In this document: positions 56,053 to 64,000 of the stretch, piece by piece | How the letters are laid out: each line of letters opens with the position of its first letter | Position numbering within the stretch: position 1 is the stretch's first letter | Position numbers and translations under genes: made by a program | Source of the DNA: a virus | Virus record (IMG/VR): IMGVR_UViG_3300022602_000076 | Span: 7,721 to 71,720 of that record | Length of the DNA: 64,000 nucleotides | Strand: one strand, 5' to 3' | Notes under the pieces: generated by a model | Database searches by the model: none | What the model was told of the DNA's origin: nothing | What the model saw: the letters and a program-made list of their open reading frames with translations, nothing else

Positions 56053-56970
56053 ATGACAACAACAGTAACAATTGGTGTAACACCAATTAACGCAACATAC
56101 ACTGCCGTAACTGGCGCTACCGGCGGTTCGGGCGTGGGAGCTAAATTTGATGTGACCAAAACCAATGGTGTATATTCAACAGTAATTGAAGCTGCTAATC
56201 CTGGCTCAGGGTACGCACTAGGCGATACAATCACCATTGCTGGTACTGCACTTGGTGGTGCCGCACCTGCCAACAACGATGTAGTAATTGTTACCGGTCT
56301 TGGAACCAATGGAGCAATCAATGCATTTAGTACAGCTGGCGTAGGTGCAGTTGGTAATGGTATTGTTAACACAATTATTAATGTAACACCAGATGCCAAT
56401 GCCGCAGTCAACACATACACATTAACTGACAAGTCCAGTAACTACACTGTAGTAAATGACACTACTGATAACATTCTCAAAGTTACTAGTGCTCTGGATA
56501 CATTAGTAAGTTTTAACTTAAACAACTATCAACGCATTAACTACACAAACAAATCAACTGCATTTGATATTTCTGGTCATGCTGGTGATGTTTATTCATT
56601 GTTAAAAGCCGGATTTGGTGGCACAGTTAATACCACATACGAAGGTCTTGGCATCAAGATGGAAGATGCAGGTACAACAAGCACTGGCATTGCTGATGCC
56701 ATTGTAAACTCTGCTGTGTTCAAGACTGCCAATCCAGACTTTGCTACATTTGTTAACAATGTTTATACTAATGTAATGGGTGTTGCACCTACTCCAACAC
56801 AGGCATTGCCCTATGTTGCCGCATTAGCAACTGGTACCGCAACAGAAACTTCATTGTTGAATGCCGCAGCACATTTGACGGCATTCCAACAAACAATTGG
56901 AATTGTCGGTGTTGCACCAGCAACAACCGGTGTACTAGCTGCAGGTGGAATTGACTTCATTCCAGCTTGA
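56053..56970 (+). CDS. S-layer-like protein with DUF4214-like domain
   Basis: Thr/Ala/Gly-rich; AFDISGHAGDVYSLLKAGFG...FVNNVYTNVMGVAP; AAGGAG RBS. Confidence 0.65.
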   Translation: MTTTVTIGVTPINATYTAVTGATGGSGVGAKFDVTKTNGVYSTVIEAANPGSGYALGDTITIAGTALGGAAPANNDVVIVTGLGTNGAINAFSTAGVGAVGNGIVNTIINVTPDANAAVNTYTLTDKSSNYTVVNDTTDNILKVTSALDTLVSFNLNNYQRINYTNKSTAFDISGHAGDVYSLLKAGFGGTVNTTYEGLGIKMEDAGTTSTGIADAIVNSAVFKTANPDFATFVNNVYTNVMGVAPTPTQALPYVAALATGTATETSLLNAAAHLTAFQQTIGIVGVAPATTGVLAAGGIDFIPA

Positions 56971-56981
56971 TAAATACCAAG

Positions 56982-57055
56982 TTAAATCGACCACAACGAT
57001 AGAGTGGCGCTGGAACTCGTAACCAGTACTAAAGGGCCTTAAAGGCTCTTTTTTT
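56982..57055 (+). ncRNA. Candidate small structured RNA
   Basis: TAAATA at 56971, GC-richer 45-nt core with several pairings, then a terminator. Confidence 0.45.
57031..57055 (+). terminator. Intrinsic terminator
   Basis: AAAGGGCCT-TAA-AGGCTCTTTTTTT. Confidence 0.8.
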
Positions 57056-57077
57056 ACGAGTAAATATTAAATACATC

Positions 57078-57314
57078 ATGTATTACATGTTTGTAATGTT
57101 GTTATTTCCTGTGTTTTCCTTTGCTGGAGATATAGATCAGTGTAATCAGATACACGACAAAGATCGCAATCATGTATGCATGGCAACTGTTACTTTGAGT
57201 GTAAACGAGTGCGATAAAATATCAAACTTGGATTTAAGAATAAGTTGTGTGCGTCAGGTCAGAGACGGACAACGACAAGTAAACAGTTTTCACCCAACCA
57301 AGGATAAAAAATGA
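57078..57314 (+). CDS. Small exported Cys-repeat protein
   Basis: Signal peptide; two CxxIxxxDxRxxC repeats. Confidence 0.7.
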   Translation: MYYMFVMLLFPVFSFAGDIDQCNQIHDKDRNHVCMATVTLSVNECDKISNLDLRISCVRQVRDGQRQVNSFHPTKDKK

Positions 57315-57412
57315 TAGATCAAATTGGACCAATTATCGGTATTGCAGTGTTAGGTACTGTTGTATATCTTGTAGGCGAAGAACTAGTCAGAAAATATATT
57401 CTGAAGAAATAG
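57311..57412 (+). CDS. Small membrane peptide, 33 aa (not in ORF track)
   Basis: AAGGA RBS; MIDQIGPIIGIAVLGTVVYLVG... Confidence 0.55.
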   Translation: MIDQIGPIIGIAVLGTVVYLVGEELVRKYILKK

Positions 57413-57460
57413 GCAAAACGCGAATAGGTAAATATTTAGACATCATGTTACAATATAACA

Positions 57461-58030
57461 ATGAGTTTAAAACCCTATTACGAATTTGATTGCAGTAATT
57501 TAAAAGAAATACAAGCACAGACTTTAACTTACTTAAATTCCAAATTCAACTTATCTGACCAAGCTTCATTGAAAACTGATCTTTGGTTAAAAATAGACAC
57601 CCGAGATTTTATTAAATCTTCCCCTGCACTGATATTGTGGACTCGCAGTCTTGGACTAGCAATCAAAGAAGCTGCGGTCACTGTGGTCAATGACTCAGCA
57701 GGAGCAGGATTACACATTGATGAGTTACCGGTTGTTGCCAAAATTAATATTCCGATTCTGAATACTCACAGTGTACTAAATCAATGGTACCATGTACCAG
57801 ATCATCTATTATCAACAGTTACCCCTAGAATAAATCAATTTGGATCTAAATTTTACAACTTAGAATCCATTGATCTTGCTCAGTGCGATAAAATTGGAGA
57901 AATAGAATTACTAAATCCAATTGTGTTTAACAGTCAAATTCCGCACTGTGTTACTCCGCTGCCTGGTGCACAATTTCCCAGAGTGGTATTGTGTTGTATG
58001 TTTTTTAAAGAACCCATTGACTTACTCTAA
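57461..58030 (+). CDS. Hypothetical protein, possible 2OG-Fe(II)/cupin fold
   Basis: LHID...KINIPI...IPHCV...PRVVL. Confidence 0.55.
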   Translation: MSLKPYYEFDCSNLKEIQAQTLTYLNSKFNLSDQASLKTDLWLKIDTRDFIKSSPALILWTRSLGLAIKEAAVTVVNDSAGAGLHIDELPVVAKINIPILNTHSVLNQWYHVPDHLLSTVTPRINQFGSKFYNLESIDLAQCDKIGEIELLNPIVFNSQIPHCVTPLPGAQFPRVVLCCMFFKEPIDLL

Positions 58031-58743
58031 TGAAAAAAATATTATTACTATTATCTTTTACTTTTTTAATTCCTGCGTATTCTGCTAATATAACTGCTAA
58101 ATCCTGGATTGTAGCCGACCATCAAGGCAACATAATACAAAGTGAAAACAACACGCAACTGAGATCAATTGCAAGTATCACCAAGTTGATGACTGTGATG
58201 ACTGTGATAGATGCTGGACAAGACCTCAGAGAAAAAATAGGAAACCTAACCCGGCACCAAGTGATTCAAATGGCCTTAGTAAAATCAGACAATCATGCCG
58301 CTGATTTGTTGTGTGAAAACTATCCCATGGGCACTCATGCTTGTATTAAAGCAATGAATAAAAAGGCTCAGGAAATAGGAATGTCAGATACCAAATTCAT
58401 TGAACCCACTGGGCTTAGTGTAATGAATATCAGTACTGCCAATGATCTTGTCAAATTAGTGTTGGCAGCCAGTGAATATTCAGAAGTTATACAGGCCAGT
58501 CGGACTCCTGTTATATCAACAAAATCTCACAGAAAATTTATGTTGTACTACAATACCAATCCTCTTGTGGCACAGGATTCCAGTAGATTTTTTGTAAGTA
58601 AAACCGGCTACATTCGACGAGCCGGTGGGTGTATTGTGATGATGCTGGATACTTTGGTAGGGCGTCGTATAATAATATTGCTGGGCAGCAAAGATACACA
58701 CACCCGGATCCCTGAAGCAGTGACACTTATGTCACTGGGGTAA
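58030..58743 (+). CDS. D-alanyl-D-alanine endo/carboxypeptidase (S11, PBP7-like)
   Basis: SITK, SDN and KTG motifs; signal peptide. Confidence 0.92.
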   Translation: MKKILLLLSFTFLIPAYSANITAKSWIVADHQGNIIQSENNTQLRSIASITKLMTVMTVIDAGQDLREKIGNLTRHQVIQMALVKSDNHAADLLCENYPMGTHACIKAMNKKAQEIGMSDTKFIEPTGLSVMNISTANDLVKLVLAASEYSEVIQASRTPVISTKSHRKFMLYYNTNPLVAQDSSRFFVSKTGYIRRAGGCIVMMLDTLVGRRIIILLGSKDTHTRIPEAVTLMSLG

Positions 58744-59106
58744 TTCAATGTCGTATCTTGGTATCACAGGATCCCAAGTTGGACCTGGATCATTCTCTTT
58801 GAAATAGTTAATTCGCTTCTTTAATTCATCATAGAATGTGTCTACATCATTGCCCCAGGAGTCATACACTGATTCAATGCTTGCCAAACACTCGTCCCAC
58901 TTTTGTCCACGATAGTTATTCAATATTTCTTGGTGCGTGGTACGCCAGCTGTCAACCAGTGGCATTTTGTCAAAATTTATTTTTTCAATTATACAATAGG
59001 CAGTTACCAGTTGCTCAGTGTCCCCAACTCTGAAAGTGTCTAATTCTAATACTATGAACTTTTCTGATAGCTCTTGTGCTTGTGCTTCGCCAAATATTAT
59101 GTGCAT
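58732..59106 (-). CDS. Hypothetical protein resembling the C-terminal segment of class III cyclases
   Basis: FIVLELDTF...NYRGQKWDEC...PGPTWDPV; no catalytic domain. Confidence 0.5.
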   Translation of the reverse strand: MHIIFGEAQAQELSEKFIVLELDTFRVGDTEQLVTAYCIIEKINFDKMPLVDSWRTTHQEILNNYRGQKWDECLASIESVYDSWGNDVDTFYDELKKRINYFKENDPGPTWDPVIPRYDIELPQ

Positions 59107-59130
59107 GTTAAATCCTTTTAAATATGTATC

Positions 59131-59919
59131 ATGACTTTCACATTTGATTTAATTTCTGACCTTCATATCGAAACCTGGGGTGACTTTGATTGGACCGGGC
59201 AAGCAACCAGTCCTTTTTGTGTAATCGCAGGAGATATTGCTCGAGACTCGAGAACAGTGCTAAACACACTAAAACATCTAAGTACTTGTTATCAAGCTGT
59301 ATTTTATATCGACGGCAATGATGAACATAGATATCAACTAGACAACATAGATCACAGCATCAACAGTTTGGTCGAAGCAGTCAAAGGCATTGAAAATGTT
59401 GTTTACATGCAAGACAATGTTGTAGTAATCAATGGTGTTGCTATCCTGGCCACAAATGGTTGGTGGACCTTTGATCTGGATCTTAGCATTGATGCAGACC
59501 AAACTGTGCAATGGTTCAAAGAACAATACAAAACATCAAATTCTGTTGCAGCATCAATCACAGACATTGCCTATCACGATGCCGCATATCTAATGAACAG
59601 TGTGAGAAAATTACAAACTCACAAAGATGTAAAAGCCATTGTTATTGTGACTCATACTGTGCCATCTGCATGGATAATCGAACACGATATAGAACTAACA
59701 GGATCATACAGATTCAACACCACTGGCAATCCACATCTAGAGCTGGCCTTGGACGAAGACACAGAAAACAAAATTCGTGCCTGGTGCTTTGGTCATTACC
59801 ATCAACCAGTGGACAGATTTCACAATGGCATTCGCTATGTCAACAACTGCAGAGGCAGAAATGGCACCGATTGGTGCCAAACTGCATATTATCCCAAACG
59901 GATATCTATTGAATATTAA
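59131..59919 (+). CDS. Calcineurin-like metallophosphoesterase
   Basis: SDLH, AGD, GNDEH, THTVP, FGHYH, NNCRG. Confidence 0.88.
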   Translation: MTFTFDLISDLHIETWGDFDWTGQATSPFCVIAGDIARDSRTVLNTLKHLSTCYQAVFYIDGNDEHRYQLDNIDHSINSLVEAVKGIENVVYMQDNVVVINGVAILATNGWWTFDLDLSIDADQTVQWFKEQYKTSNSVAASITDIAYHDAAYLMNSVRKLQTHKDVKAIVIVTHTVPSAWIIEHDIELTGSYRFNTTGNPHLELALDEDTENKIRAWCFGHYHQPVDRFHNGIRYVNNCRGRNGTDWCQTAYYPKRISIEY

Positions 59920-60224
59920 ACTGCTTCAGGCTCTAATTTAAGCTGAAGAGGGTAATTGTTGGTTCTAGCACACATGGTTACTTCAACGCCTTTTTGTTCA
60001 GCAATTTCATAGGGCAATACTGCTACCACTGCGCTGCCTTGTGTGTGTATGTTTTCAGTGATTTGTAATGCAGTTTCTGTGCTATAATCAAAAAAGTTAA
60101 CCAAACTATCAATTACAAATTCCATAGCGGTTGTGTTATCATTGAGATAAATCACTCTGAACAATGGTGGTTCTTTCAGCTCAGTGTTTACTTTAATTTT
60201 TGTAGCGGTTCCGTCTTGTGCCAT
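59916..60224 (-). CDS. clpS: Clp protease adaptor ClpS
   Basis: EPPLFRVIYLNDNTTAMEFVI...IHTQGSAVV...YEIAEQK...YPL. Confidence 0.93.
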   Translation of the reverse strand: MAQDGTATKIKVNTELKEPPLFRVIYLNDNTTAMEFVIDSLVNFFDYSTETALQITENIHTQGSAVVAVLPYEIAEQKGVEVTMCARTNNYPLQLKLEPEAV

Positions 60225-60249
60225 TGTTAGTTCCTCTGTTGATATGGTT

Positions 60250-60271
60250 CAGTGAGGGTTCCCCCTCACTG
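60250..60271 (-). other. Stable intergenic hairpin between hsp20 and clpS
   Basis: CAGTGAGGG-TTCC-CCCTCACTG; no U tract; just downstream of a TAAATA. Confidence 0.6.
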
Positions 60272-60287
60272 TGTATTTACTATTATA

Positions 60288-60728
60288 TTAGTTTGTATAG
60301 GTAATAGCAATGCTCTTTGGCTTCATTGCTTCTGGCACACGCTGTTCCAACAAAACAGTCAATACACCATCCTTGGCAGTGGCATCCAAGACTTCTACAT
60401 ATTCTCCCAAGGGCCAGCTACGCACAAATTTGCGAGCACTGATTCCACGATAAAAATATTCATGTCCTTCGGGTAGATCTGTTTCTTTCTTTTCGCCTAC
60501 GATACTAATTGTACCATCTTTAACAGTGATATCAATTTCCCCTTGTGTAAATCCGGCCACAGCCAATTGTAGTTCAAAGGTGTTTTCACCAGTTTTTACA
60601 ATGTTGTATGGGGGATAGTTGGTACTAGCCGCAGAATCAATTTGGTTGACGATCCTATCAAATAAGCGATCAACTCCGATTGAAGTACGGTAGAAGGGGG
60701 CGAGATCAAAAGCTGTGATTTTAGTCAT
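60288..60728 (-). CDS. Small heat shock protein (Hsp20/IbpA family)
   Basis: IGVDRLFD; NYPPYNIVK; LAVAGF; YRGISARKF; DGVL; PEAMKP. Confidence 0.95.
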   Translation of the reverse strand: MTKITAFDLAPFYRTSIGVDRLFDRIVNQIDSAASTNYPPYNIVKTGENTFELQLAVAGFTQGEIDITVKDGTISIVGEKKETDLPEGHEYFYRGISARKFVRSWPLGEYVEVLDATAKDGVLTVLLEQRVPEAMKPKSIAITYTN

Positions 60729-60787
60729 AATATTCTCCTTTTATAAGCAAGTGACTATATGTAGACCCGACCATCGGCATCTACACA
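60729..60787 (-). promoter_or_regulatory. ROSE-like RNA thermometer
   Basis: TGTAGAT-G-CCGA-TGG-TCGG-GTCTACA hairpin, then CTTGCTT-ATAA-AAGGAG with bulged G over the SD. Confidence 0.7.
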
Positions 60788-60827
60788 GTATTTATTATAC
60801 TATAATCTGAATTATAGGAAAAGAGAA

Positions 60828-61049
60828 TTAGAACAACTTCTTGGGCAAGGCCTGAGATGCCACTTGTTTTTGCCAGCGATTTTTGGCTGCAGATTTACGG
60901 CGTTTTCTTGCAGTTGTGGGTTTTTCAAAAAATTCGCGATCTCTGAGATCATTGAGCAATCCAGATTCAACAATTTTTTTCTTGAATTTGCGTAGAGCCT
61001 TGTCTACATTACCGTCTTTAACAATTACTGTGCGACCGTATAATTTCAT
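60828..61049 (-). CDS. rpsU: 30S ribosomal protein bS21
   Basis: NVDKALRKFKKK...REFFEKPTTARKRRK. Confidence 0.93.
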   Translation of the reverse strand: MKLYGRTVIVKDGNVDKALRKFKKKIVESGLLNDLRDREFFEKPTTARKRRKSAAKNRWQKQVASQALPKKLF

Positions 61050-62251
61050 AGGTTTTCTTGTGCTAGTGTCATAGGAGTATTTACCTGCTCTTTTCCTATA
61101 ACTACCTTTAGAATGTTTTGTTTGCGATATCTTGGCAAATCAAACATATGCGGCAACAACACACGCTCTAGTTCTGTGTGCAGGCCTCTAGCACCTGTTT
61201 TTGTGTGTAATGTGCGTTCAGCTATTAGATCCAAGCTTTCTGCATCAAATTCCAAGTTAACACCATCTTGATCAAACAACCATTGGTATTGTCCAACAAA
61301 ATTGTTTTTTATTTCCGTCAATATGTTTATCAATTGCGATTTTGTCAATGCTTGTAAGCTCACATAACTTGAAAATCTGCCCACAAACTCTGGGATCATT
61401 CCGTAGCGTACTAGATCATCTGGAGTGATTGATTCATTTTCAACAATGCTGGTACTGCTGAATTTAGCACCAAAACCCATGGCAGTACCTTGTATGCGAT
61501 TTTTTACAATATTCTCTAAGCCAACAAACGCACCGCCTGCAATGAACAAAATGTTGCTGGTGTCAATTTCAACCATTTCTCCAGTGGACATTTTTCTATT
61601 GCCACTGACTGGGATTTTGCACTTGGTGCCTTCGACCAGTTTCAACAATGCTTGTTGTACACCTTCGCCAGAAACATCTCTGCTGACTGTGGCACTTTCG
61701 CCCTTGCGAGCAATCTTGTCAATTTCATCCAAGAATATGATACCACGCTGACATTGTTCTACATTTCCATTGGCCGCCAAAAATAATCGTGCGACAAGAC
61801 TTTCAACATCATCACCAACATAACCTGCTTCGGTCAGTGTTGTGGCATCTGCTACCACAAACGGCACATCCAAGTACTTGGCTACTGTGCGAGCCATTAG
61901 AGTTTTGCCAGTGCCAGTTGGGCCTATCATCAAGATATTGGCTTTTTGTATTTCTTTGGCAGGATCTGTGTTGTTTATTCTTTTGTAGTGATTGGCAATG
62001 GCCACACTCAGCACTATCTTGGCTGCGTCTTGACCAATCACATGAGAATTCAAAAAGTCTCTAATTTCTCTAGGATCTGGCAGCACTGTGTTTTCAGACT
62101 TGGGCACAGGATCTTTTTTTCTGTCCTTGAGCAGTGATCCACATAGGTCCACACAAGCATCGCAGATTGCAGCATCGTGTCCCACAATGAGTTTGATAAC
62201 TTGATCTTTGTGCTTGGAACAAAAACTGCAATGACTGATGGTGTTGCTCAT
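61046..62251 (-). CDS. clpX: ATP-dependent Clp protease ATPase ClpX
   Basis: C4 zinc finger; GPTGTGKT; TEAGYVG; DEIDK; RDVSGEGVQQALLK; TGARGL. Confidence 0.97.
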   Translation of the reverse strand: MSNTISHCSFCSKHKDQVIKLIVGHDAAICDACVDLCGSLLKDRKKDPVPKSENTVLPDPREIRDFLNSHVIGQDAAKIVLSVAIANHYKRINNTDPAKEIQKANILMIGPTGTGKTLMARTVAKYLDVPFVVADATTLTEAGYVGDDVESLVARLFLAANGNVEQCQRGIIFLDEIDKIARKGESATVSRDVSGEGVQQALLKLVEGTKCKIPVSGNRKMSTGEMVEIDTSNILFIAGGAFVGLENIVKNRIQGTAMGFGAKFSSTSIVENESITPDDLVRYGMIPEFVGRFSSYVSLQALTKSQLINILTEIKNNFVGQYQWLFDQDGVNLEFDAESLDLIAERTLHTKTGARGLHTELERVLLPHMFDLPRYRKQNILKVVIGKEQVNTPMTLAQENL

Positions 62252-62252
62252 G

Positions 62253-63782
62253 TTAGGCCTTTGAATTATTTAACAATCTAGATTCTATGTGTTCTCTTTC
62301 AGCATCACTCAACAGGTCTGGATCGTATTCACCAGATTCGATTTTTCCTATTAGGTGATCAATGTATGCTTCGTCATATACATAGCTATCGCTGACATTC
62401 TTGTCTACTTCAATCCAATTGTTACCATTGAACTTGTATAACGCACTTGGCAAACAATCAGTTCTCAGATACATATCACCTTTTCGTGCTTGCACTGGAA
62501 ATTCAGAACCAAACCCTCTCATGTTTCCCACTGGCTTGGGCAGATCATTGTCGGCCACAAGACCCAGTTCATCATGGTTGGCTCGGTGTTGTTCTATTCT
62601 GTGATTATGAACCTGCTCGGTGAGCCACTGCTCGTGCAACTCTTGTTCAGATGGCAATGTGTCATCCACGGCATCTTGTTCATCTTGCGATACTTCTGCT
62701 GGTACGACTTTACTAAACATCCATCCTGGGGGTGTGACATTTTTTGTATTGTCCACAACATCACATTCTTTGTTGGGGCAAAATGGCCCAATGCCCGGAG
62801 CAATGATCAATGGTGTTCCGCATTTATAGCAAGGATCCAGTGTAGGATCTGACTCAGGAAACAACGATGATGTGGTTACTGTATTTTCTGGTGGTTCTGG
62901 AATAGATTTTCTAAAAGCCTCCATGTATTCTTCAGATAGTAGGCCATCATCTGTTTCGTAGGCTTTTTCTTCTTCAGTTGGCTTCTCGCCAACATCAGCA
63001 ACATAAGGATCTGGAGTATGCTCTTCGTCCTTCTTCCAAGCAAAAGTCATTTGACTTGCCAACAACATAATAACTGCTAATGGGTCGAACACCACAACAA
63101 TCAACAAAATAATCCAGGTCACTGCTTTTTCCAATATTGATCCATCAGGGTTTGCGCCGTAGATAAATGCTGCAATGTACTTGATTGGGCCAACTTCGGC
63201 TTCAACTTTGCGTACCTCGGCACGAATTGGCGCTGCCTCATCGTTAAGAGCTGCAACCAGCTTCTGGTTGGTCTCAATGTCTTTGGCCAGTGCCGCACGG
63301 TCTCGTTGCTGACTCTTACGCACAGCGTTGGCCTTGTCTGCACCTTTTTCATCTGACGAGCGACCCATGATCTGGTCCACTGCTTCATCCATCTGTTTAA
63401 GTTGCTTCCTGTCAGCTTCGATATTCTCTCGAGCAGTTTTGATTTTCTCATCATAGATTGCTATTTTACTTCCGACATCGCCTGACACTAGATTTTGATC
63501 GTTGTGTGCTTTTGACAAGAATCCAAATATGCCCATGCTTGTGATCAACATGAGCACAACTACCGCAGTGGTCATGTAGTACTTCATAAATCCCGGAGCT
63601 CGTTCCCAGTTTGATTTTAACCACGAGGCACAGACCAGTTTGCCTATTTCCAATGCTGACCCCATGATAATAATTGGAATAGCCGCCGCAGAGAAAATAG
63701 CAGTTAGACCCACTACACTATAATAAATTGCCACTGCTGATATTGTTAATCCAGTGAGTAAAAGAAGCCAAGCTAGTATCAT
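62253..63782 (-). CDS. Membrane coiled-coil phage protein
   Basis: Several TM helices, EVGPIKYIA, VFDPLAV, CxxC...CPxxxC insert. Confidence 0.75.
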   Translation of the reverse strand: MILAWLLLLTGLTISAVAIYYSVVGLTAIFSAAAIPIIIMGSALEIGKLVCASWLKSNWERAPGFMKYYMTTAVVVLMLITSMGIFGFLSKAHNDQNLVSGDVGSKIAIYDEKIKTARENIEADRKQLKQMDEAVDQIMGRSSDEKGADKANAVRKSQQRDRAALAKDIETNQKLVAALNDEAAPIRAEVRKVEAEVGPIKYIAAFIYGANPDGSILEKAVTWIILLIVVVFDPLAVIMLLASQMTFAWKKDEEHTPDPYVADVGEKPTEEEKAYETDDGLLSEEYMEAFRKSIPEPPENTVTTSSLFPESDPTLDPCYKCGTPLIIAPGIGPFCPNKECDVVDNTKNVTPPGWMFSKVVPAEVSQDEQDAVDDTLPSEQELHEQWLTEQVHNHRIEQHRANHDELGLVADNDLPKPVGNMRGFGSEFPVQARKGDMYLRTDCLPSALYKFNGNNWIEVDKNVSDSYVYDEAYIDHLIGKIESGEYDPDLLSDAEREHIESRLLNNSKA

Positions 63783-64000
63783 AATTTAATTTTTTCCAAA
63801 TTGATCGCAATTTCATTTTTACAAGATGCAGTACATGTACTGTGGTAGTCACTGTTTCTAAGAGAATCTTCTAGATTATTATTAAAGAACTTGTGGTTCA
63901 AAACATCTTCTAACTTATAAATTGATAGATCATTATATTTAATCTCTTCAACCATTTCTAAAAACTTGTACTTTCCAGGATATTCCAACTGTGTTTCAAA
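63779..64000 (-). CDS. 3' end of a gene entering from the window edge
   Basis: Open frame ending CTASCK...; possibly a radical SAM/SPASM tail (weak). Confidence 0.5.
   Translation of the reverse strand, partial: FETQLEYPGKYKFLEMVEEIKYNDLSIYKLEDVLNHKFFNNNLEDSLRNSDYHSTCTASCKNEIAINLEKIKL

Noticed and set aside
43340-62251. Bacterial chromosome origin of clpP/clpX/rpsU
   Set aside because: No bacterial operon context (tig-clpP-clpX-lon, rpsU-dnaG); genes are interspersed with phage-type ORFs and promoters
1-64000. Stop-codon reassignment
   Set aside because: Recognisable genes are full length in code 11 and TAA, TGA and TAG all serve as stops with tight packing
1-64000. tRNA or rRNA genes
   Set aside because: No cloverleaf with a T-loop consensus was recognised in the short intergenic gaps; a tRNAscan-SE run would confirm

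Overview
This window looks like part of a large tailed dsDNA phage (jumbo/myovirus-like, probably freshwater) using the standard genetic code. A Betaproteobacteria host is inferred from DUF3579, phasin-like, DUF3563-like and DUF4214-like genes. From left to right it contains: a minus-strand virion/tail block (0.9-7.8 kb); an early/accessory region of small ORFs driven by near-consensus sigma70 promoters (7.9-28 kb; ErpA, SOD, IF-1, SleB hydrolase, Hc1, rubrerythrin-rubredoxin, DNA methyltransferase, a four-copy paralog array); a plus-strand tail-fibre/adhesin block ending in a C1 protease (28.1-41.6 kb); and a host-takeover/metabolism region (41.6-64 kb; two ClpP, ClpX, ClpS, Hsp20, bS21, phasin, ferritin-like protein, desaturase, UvsE, amidinotransferase, PBP7-like peptidase). 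The most notable signals are non-coding: repeated promoter cassettes with a positioned palindromic operator, pervasive leaderless starts, an OxyR-like box, PhaR-like boxes, two related ROSE-like thermometers, structured leaders and a stand-alone pseudoknot-like small RNA. All calls come from reading the sequence and recognising motifs; no database searches were run. No tRNA, rRNA, CRISPR array or reverse transcriptase was seen.
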